A DNA stretch of 64,000 bases from an uncultured bacterium (GTDB lineage Bacteria > Acidobacteriota > Thermoanaerobaculia > Multivoradales > JAHZIX01): positions 160,001 through 224,000 of the forward strand of contig CBDUPA010000003.1 in NCBI GenBank assembly GCA_965368975.1, written 5' to 3'. Below the pieces are notes generated by a model, which saw only the letters and a program-made list of their open reading frames with translations, had not been told where the DNA came from and searched no databases. Positions within the stretch are counted from its first letter, which is position 1, and the number at the start of each line of letters is the position of its first letter. A program made the position numbers and the translations under genes. This document shows, in pieces, positions 58,337 to 64,000 of this stretch.

Positions 58337-59521
58337 ATGGAATCTCGCACGCTGATGCTGGTGGCCGGTGAGGCCTCCGGCGATCTGCACGCGGCACGCT
58401 TGTTGACCGAGGTGCGCCGACAGCTGCCTGACGTCGAGCTGCAAGCCTTCGGCTTCGGCGGTGACGAACTGCGCGCGAACGGCCTTGAGATCATCGAGGA
58501 CGGTTCCCGCATCGCGGTGGTCGGCATTGTAGAAGTGCTCAAGATTCTGCCGTTGGCCCGGCAGGTCTTCCGGCGCCTGCTGGAGGAAGCCGAAGCGCGG
58601 CGTCCCGACGTCGCCGTGCTGGTCGACTTTCCCGAGTTCAATCTGCGTCTGGCGCGCGAGCTCGAGCGCCGTGGTATCCCCGTGGTCTACTACATCAGCC
58701 CGCAGGTGTGGGCCTGGCGCCGTCGACGCGTGCGGGAGATTGCGCGTGTGGTCGACGAGATGCTGGTGCTCTTTCCCTTCGAAGCCGATTTCTACCGCGG
58801 TCACGATGTGCCTGTCACGCACGTCGGTCATCCGCTGGTGGACGAGGTGCCGCAACTGCGGCAAGCGTGGGCCGAGGGGCCACCGGCCGACAAGGTCTAC
58901 CGCCTGGCATTGTTGCCGGGCTCGCGGCCGAGTGAGGTGGAGCGGAACCTGCTGCCCATGCTGCAGGCGGCAGCCTTGCTTCGTCGCGAGGTACCGCTGG
59001 CGGTGCGCCTGATCAAGGCACGGACCGTCGAGCAGAGCCAGGTGGACGAGGTCATCGAGCGCGCGGAGTTGCCGTCCGAGCTGCAGCTGGAGGTGATCGA
59101 TAGCGACCGCTTCCACGTTGTCGCCGATAGCCACCTGGCGCTGTGCGCGTCCGGCACCGCGACGCTCGAGACGGGTCTGCTCGGTACGCCGATGATCGTC
59201 GTGTACCGGTTGAGCCGTTGGACCTACCTGCTGGGACGGCTTCTGGTACGATTACCTTTCATCAGTCTGGTCAACCTGGTTCTAGACCGCAAGGTCGTTC
59301 CGGAGTTGCTGCAAGCGCAGGCCGCCCCGGCGAACATCGCGCGCCAGGCCCTGCAGTTGCTCACCCGAAACGGCGAAGTCGAGCGCATGCGGGAAGGCTT
59401 GTCCGGACTGCGCCAGGCGCTCGGTGAGAGCGGTGCCAGCCGTCGTGCTGCCGCCGCTGTCGTCGCCTGGCTGCAGCGCCAGCGCCAGCGCTCGGTCCCT
59501 GCTTCCGGAGTCTCAGCTTGA
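58337..59521 (+). CDS. lpxB: Lipid A disaccharide synthase
   Basis: AGEASGDLH, VDFPEFN, SPQVWAWR, LLPGSR and SGTATLE motifs. Confidence 0.96.
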   Translation: MESRTLMLVAGEASGDLHAARLLTEVRRQLPDVELQAFGFGGDELRANGLEIIEDGSRIAVVGIVEVLKILPLARQVFRRLLEEAEARRPDVAVLVDFPEFNLRLARELERRGIPVVYYISPQVWAWRRRRVREIARVVDEMLVLFPFEADFYRGHDVPVTHVGHPLVDEVPQLRQAWAEGPPADKVYRLALLPGSRPSEVERNLLPMLQAAALLRREVPLAVRLIKARTVEQSQVDEVIERAELPSELQLEVIDSDRFHVVADSHLALCASGTATLETGLLGTPMIVVYRLSRWTYLLGRLLVRLPFISLVNLVLDRKVVPELLQAQAAPANIARQALQLLTRNGEVERMREGLSGLRQALGESGASRRAAAAVVAWLQRQRQRSVPASGVSA

Positions 59522-61461
59522 GCCAAACACCCGAACACCTGGCATCCGACCAGAAGCCCTCCAGATATCCCCTGATCCAGTTCTTCTGGCAGTACATCCG
59601 GCGCTATGCGCCGTGGGCCGGTGTCGCCGTGGCCGCGATCCTGACCATCGCTGCTGCGACGGCGGTGATGATCTCCCTGATCGAGCCGATTTTCGGCGAG
59701 GTCTTGCTGGCCGACGAAGCCGAACGCCAGGAATTGCTTGGCGGTATTCCGTTTGCCGGTGGCGGTAGCGACGAGGACGACGAGAAACCCGCGTGGATGC
59801 CTGAGCAGGTGCATGCACTGCTGCAGAAGCTCGACCTGGCGGAGCATCTGCGCGCCGGCTACCAGGGGCTCAAACAGCGTTTCGACATCGGTCCGAACGA
59901 GGTCGTGTACTTCGCTCCGATCTTGTTTGTGTTCACCTATTTCGTGCGCAGCTTGGCCTTCTTTGTCAGCGGTTTCAGCTTCCAGCGCATCGGCCTGGGT
60001 GTCACTACGGACATTCGTAACGATCTCTACCGCCTGATTCTGCGCCAATCCAGCCGCTTCCATGCCGAGCACACTTCGGGCGAGTTGATGAGTCGGGTGA
60101 TCAACGACGTCACCATCATGCAGGCGGCCGTCTCCAACCGCTTGCTCGACTTGCTGCAGCAGAGCGTCACGCTCCTGGTCATGCTGGTGATGCTGCTGTC
60201 GATCCACTTCCAGCTGGCCATCATCTCGCTGGTCGTGACGCCGGTGATCCTGTACCCGATCATTCGCTTCGGCAAAGGCATCCGCGGCACCAGCCATCGG
60301 AGCCAGGAACGTATGGCCGATCTGGCGCAACTGCTCAGCGAAGGCGTGCGCGGTCACCGGGTGGTCAAGGCCTTCGGGATGGAGAACTTCGAGTTCCAGC
60401 GTTTCTTCCAAGCCACGCGCCGTCATTTGCGGGTCAACCTGCGGGCGCAAATCCTGGCCAACTTGTCGAGTCCGGTGATCGAGACCATGGCGGCGATCGG
60501 TTCGGCGGCGTTGCTGATCTATGCCGGCAAGAGCATCCGCGCGGGCACGCTGGAAGTCTCGGTCCTGGTCACCTTCCTGACCACGCTGATGCTGATGTAT
60601 GACCCGATCCGCAAGCTCAACAAGGCGAACCTGATTTTGCAGGAAGCCGTGGCGGCGTCGCAGCGCATCGCGGGGCTGATGGCGATCCCGAACGAGATCG
60701 AAGACGGTACCGGTGCCGAGCCCTTGACGACGGTGGAGCAGGGCGTGCACTTCGAGAACGTGGTGTTCGGCTACGAGAACGAGGTCATTCTCAAGGGTAT
60801 CGATCTGCGGTTGCATTCAGGACAGATCATCGCGCTGGTGGGCGCCTCGGGTGCCGGCAAGTCGACTCTGGCCAACCTGCTACCGCGCTTCTTCGATCCC
60901 GATGAGGGCCGAGTGACCATCGACGGCGTCGACATTCGGAAGCTGCCGCTGGACAACCTGCGGTCGCTGATCGGCCTGGTGACCCAGGAGACGATGCTGT
61001 TCAACGACTCGCTGCGCAACAACATCGCCTACGGACGCTCGGATCTACCGCTCGAACGCGTCCAGGAGGCCGCCGCCGCCGCCTACGCGGACGAGTTCAT
61101 CGAGACGCTGCCGAAGGGGTACGATACGGTGATCGGCGAGGCCGGTCTGAAGCTCTCTGGCGGCCAGCGTCAGCGCATCGCGATCGCGCGCGCGCTGCTC
61201 AAGAACGCCCCGATTCTGATCCTCGACGAGGCGACCTCGCATCTCGACTCGGAGTCCGAGGCGCTGGTGCAGAAAGCGCTCTACAACCTGATGCAGGGGC
61301 GTACAACGCTCGTTATCGCGCACCGCTTGGCGACGGTCACGCGCGCCGACCGCATCGTCGTCATGGCGAGCGGTCGCATTATCGAGGAAGGCACCCACGA
61401 TGAGCTGCTGCAGCAAGAGGGGGCCTACAAGCGTCTCTATGATCTGCAGTTCCGGGTGTGA
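59518..61461 (+). CDS. msbA: Lipid A export ABC transporter (MsbA-like)
   Basis: Fused TMD + NBD (GASGAGKST, LSGGQRQR, LDEATS). Coupled to lpxB. Confidence 0.85.
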   Translation: MSQTPEHLASDQKPSRYPLIQFFWQYIRRYAPWAGVAVAAILTIAAATAVMISLIEPIFGEVLLADEAERQELLGGIPFAGGGSDEDDEKPAWMPEQVHALLQKLDLAEHLRAGYQGLKQRFDIGPNEVVYFAPILFVFTYFVRSLAFFVSGFSFQRIGLGVTTDIRNDLYRLILRQSSRFHAEHTSGELMSRVINDVTIMQAAVSNRLLDLLQQSVTLLVMLVMLLSIHFQLAIISLVVTPVILYPIIRFGKGIRGTSHRSQERMADLAQLLSEGVRGHRVVKAFGMENFEFQRFFQATRRHLRVNLRAQILANLSSPVIETMAAIGSAALLIYAGKSIRAGTLEVSVLVTFLTTLMLMYDPIRKLNKANLILQEAVAASQRIAGLMAIPNEIEDGTGAEPLTTVEQGVHFENVVFGYENEVILKGIDLRLHSGQIIALVGASGAGKSTLANLLPRFFDPDEGRVTIDGVDIRKLPLDNLRSLIGLVTQETMLFNDSLRNNIAYGRSDLPLERVQEAAAAAYADEFIETLPKGYDTVIGEAGLKLSGGQRQRIAIARALLKNAPILILDEATSHLDSESEALVQKALYNLMQGRTTLVIAHRLATVTRADRIVVMASGRIIEEGTHDELLQQEGAYKRLYDLQFRV

Positions 61462-61488
61462 CGAGCAGGTGATGAACAGAGGAGCGCT

Positions 61489-62382
61489 ATGCGCAGCATG
61501 ACCGGCTTCGGCCAAGCCGCCGACAGCAACGAGCAGTACCAGGTGACGGTGACGATCCGCACCGTCAATCACCGTCACCTCGACCTCAACGTGCGCCTCG
61601 ACGACAGCTATCAGCGCGCCGAGACGCCGCTGCGCGAGCTGATCGGCAGCGAGCTGCTGCGCGGTCGCGTTGACGTGACCATCGACGTGCGGGCTCTGCA
61701 ACCGGCGACGCCACGCGTGCGCTTGAACCGGTCGCTGCTGGCGGCGTTGCAGGGTGAGCTGCGACAGTTGCAGTCGGATGATCTCGTCAGGGGCGAGCTC
61801 CAGGCCGGAGATGCCTTGCAGCTGCCGGAAGTGTTGGAGGTCCAGGTACAGGCAGCCGCCTGGACGGAGGGCGACCAGGAGTTGCTGCTGGGCGCCGCCG
61901 CCACGGCACTGGCTCAAGTGGTCGAGACGCGCCAGCGCGAGGGTTCGGCGCTGCGCGACCTCTTGGAGGCTCGCCAGCAAGGATTGCTCGACGTGCACGC
62001 ACGCCTGGTCGAGCTGCGACCGCAGGCAGTGGAGGAGATTCACCGCAACCTCCTGCGGCGCCTGCAAGACATGCTCGACGGGCCCGGCTCGGAGCGTCGC
62101 GCCCTCGACGAACAACGCCTGGCGCAGGAAGTCGCCTTGCTGGCTGATCGCTCCGACGTGGCCGAGGAGCTCGACCGCCTCAGCTCGCACTTGGGCCACC
62201 TGCAAGAGATGTTGGAGTCCGAAGGTAGCATCGGCAAGCGACTCGATTTCCTGGCTCAAGAGATCTTCCGCGAGCTCAACACCGTTGGTTCGAAGTGCCG
62301 GCACAAGGACATGACGCGCACCATGCTGGATGGCAAGGTTCTGTGCGAGCAGCTGCGCGAACAAATCCAGAACGTCGAATGA
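61489..62382 (+). CDS. yicC: YicC/YloC family endoribonuclease
   Basis: MRSMTGFG, VNHRHLD, EELDRL, GKRLDF..QE..RE.NT.GSK and REQIQNVE motifs. Confidence 0.96.
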   Translation: MRSMTGFGQAADSNEQYQVTVTIRTVNHRHLDLNVRLDDSYQRAETPLRELIGSELLRGRVDVTIDVRALQPATPRVRLNRSLLAALQGELRQLQSDDLVRGELQAGDALQLPEVLEVQVQAAAWTEGDQELLLGAAATALAQVVETRQREGSALRDLLEARQQGLLDVHARLVELRPQAVEEIHRNLLRRLQDMLDGPGSERRALDEQRLAQEVALLADRSDVAEELDRLSSHLGHLQEMLESEGSIGKRLDFLAQEIFRELNTVGSKCRHKDMTRTMLDGKVLCEQLREQIQNVE

Positions 62383-63053
62383 GTGACCCCGTGGCCCACG
62401 AACCTGCGCATCGGCCGCGCGGCACGCTGCTGATCGTGTCTGGTCCCTCCGGTGCTGGCAAAGGGACCTTGATCAACAAACTGCCCGAGGCTGGCGTTCC
62501 CGACATCGCCTTTTCCGTCAGCCATACGACTCGCGCCGCGCGGGCGGGCGAGGTCGAGGGGGACCACTACCACTTCGTCAGTGTCGATTCGTTCAAGCAG
62601 ATGATCGAAGCTGGCGAATTCCTGGAGTGGGCCGAGGTCTATGGCAACTTCTACGGCACCAGCCGGCAAGCCGTTGCCAGCCTGCTCGACGCTGGCCGCG
62701 ACGTGGTGCTGGATATCGATGTCCAGGGTGCGGCGCAGGTGCGAGCGCTGTTTCCGGAGGCTGTCAGCGTGCTGGTGGTGCCACCGAGCTATGACGAGCT
62801 ATGCCAGCGTCTGCACGGTCGCGGGCTGGATGATCCGCAGGTGATTGCGCGCCGCCTGGCCGCGGCACCGCAGGAGATCGGGCGCTACGAAGAGTACGAT
62901 CATGTTATCCTCAACGACCATGTCGAGTCGGCGAGTGGCCTGCTGGCAGCCATCCTCCTCGCCCGCCGTAGCCGTCTCGATCGCATGCATGGACGGGTCC
63001 GGGACGTCTTGAACGCCTTTCCCGACAACGAACCACAACCTCAGAATAGCTAG
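62379..63053 (+). CDS. gmk: Guanylate kinase
   Basis: SGPSGAGKGT, VSHTTR, FLEWAEVYGNFYGT and LDIDVQG motifs. ATG 62379 overlaps the yicC stop. Confidence 0.96.
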   Translation: MSDPVAHEPAHRPRGTLLIVSGPSGAGKGTLINKLPEAGVPDIAFSVSHTTRAARAGEVEGDHYHFVSVDSFKQMIEAGEFLEWAEVYGNFYGTSRQAVASLLDAGRDVVLDIDVQGAAQVRALFPEAVSVLVVPPSYDELCQRLHGRGLDDPQVIARRLAAAPQEIGRYEEYDHVILNDHVESASGLLAAILLARRSRLDRMHGRVRDVLNAFPDNEPQPQNS

Positions 63054-63086
63054 CTCACCGAGCAACGGCTCGAAGGAGACCGTTCT

Positions 63087-63350
63087 ATGGATCGATTGCC
63101 CGAAGATGTCCACAGTAAGTTTCGCTTTGTCCTGCTGGCGGCCAACCGTGCCGAACAGTTGATGCGAGGCGCACCGCCACGGGTGGACCCGAAAGACCGC
63201 AAGCTGACTAGCGTGGCTGTCGACGAGATCTCGCAGGGTGCTGTCGACTGGTCGCTGACCGATGGCAAGCCGGCGTCCGCCGAAGCTGCCGAGGTGGTCG
63301 AGGTGGCCGAAGAGGCGGCCGAGCCGGCGGCTGACGAAGCCGACGCCTGA
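63087..63350 (+). CDS. rpoZ: RNA polymerase omega subunit
   Basis: SKFRFVLLAANRAEQL motif. gmk-rpoZ-coaBC synteny. Confidence 0.93.
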   Translation: MDRLPEDVHSKFRFVLLAANRAEQLMRGAPPRVDPKDRKLTSVAVDEISQGAVDWSLTDGKPASAEAAEVVEVAEEAAEPAADEADA

Positions 63351-63364
63351 CGAGAATCCCGGCT

Positions 63365-64000
63365 GTGAGCGCGACCCCCCCTCTGCGCGTCTTGCTGGGA
63401 GTCGGTGGTGGAATCGCTGCGTTCAAGGCGGCGCAGATCACACGCCGCTTGCGCGAGCGTGGTCACCAGGTGCGCTGTGCCATGACCGAGCACGCCACCG
63501 CCTTTCTGACGCCGCTGACGCTGGAAGTGCTGAGCACCGAGCCGGTGTATCGGCAGGAGTATCTGCGACCGACCGACAGCGGCGAGGAGTTGCACATCAC
63601 TGCAGCTCTGTGGGCGGACGTGCTGTGCGTCGCGCCGACCACGTGCAACTTGTTGGCCAAGCTTGCTCAAGGGCTGGCCGACGACTTCTTGACTACGACC
63701 GCACTGGCGTGCACCGCGCCGTTGGTGTTGGCGCCGGCCATGCACCACCACATGTGGAATCACTCGGCGGTGCGTGCCAACGTCGACCTACTGCGCCGTC
63801 GTGACGTCGTTTTCGCCGGTCCGGTCGAGGGGCTGCTGGCGTCCGGGGAGCAGGGGCAGGGGCGCCTGGCCGACCCGGAAGATATCGTGCTGGCCATTGA
63901 AGCCGCGGCCTACGCTCGGCAGGCTGGTCGTGGTGTGGAGGACGGCAGCTCGTCCGCAGGCGCCAGTCTTGCAGCAGGCAGCAGTCTTGCCACAAGCAGC
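63365..64000 (+). CDS. coaBC: Phosphopantothenoylcysteine decarboxylase/ligase CoaBC (3'-truncated by window edge)
   Basis: Not in the ORF track because it has no stop. Manual translation from GTG 63365 gives LLGVGGGIAAFKA, APTTCNLLAKLAQGLADD, APAMHPHMW and GRLADPE. Confidence 0.93.
   Translation, partial: MSATPPLRVLLGVGGGIAAFKAAQITRRLRERGHQVRCAMTEHATAFLTPLTLEVLSTEPVYRQEYLRPTDSGEELHITAALWADVLCVAPTTCNLLAKLAQGLADDFLTTTALACTAPLVLAPAMHHHMWNHSAVRANVDLLRRRDVVFAGPVEGLLASGEQGQGRLADPEDIVLAIEAAAYARQAGRGVEDGSSSAGASLAAGSSLATSS

Overview
High-GC, LPS-producing bacterial chromosome segment. The rpsA-ihfB-lpxB-msbA-yicC-gmk-rpoZ-coaBC order and the C-terminal DxFESG tails suggest Acidobacteriota (inference). 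Housekeeping genes lie at both ends (ribF-trxA on the left, rpsA to coaBC on the right). The centre holds a ~28 kb tandem array (13741-41819, minus strand) of six paralogous giant secreted proteins. Each has a signal peptide, a conserved helical N-domain ending at an xK(A/T/V) junction, a (N/S)DxC..A 'PPC-like' domain and 8 or 13 carboxypeptidase-regulatory-like beta-sandwich modules, nearly all carrying a variable Cys-bounded loop. The last-transcribed copy is split by an out-of-frame G10 tract (phase variation or sequencing error). The two short copies share a DxFESG...WT..P tail with an unrelated M12-type metalloprotease nearby. Two long copies share a conserved upstream DNA motif. Also present: a GNAT-NSAR/OSBS-M20 operon for D-to-L amino acid conversion, an orphan ParA with a REC-GGDEF diguanylate cyclase, a SigK/RskA-like ECF pair, a BlaI/M56 pair with visible operators and an unusual helical-repeat sensor, and egtB divergent from a PLP-dependent class V enzyme. 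I found no rRNA, tRNA, CRISPR array or transposase. All family assignments are from motif recognition by eye; no database searches were run.
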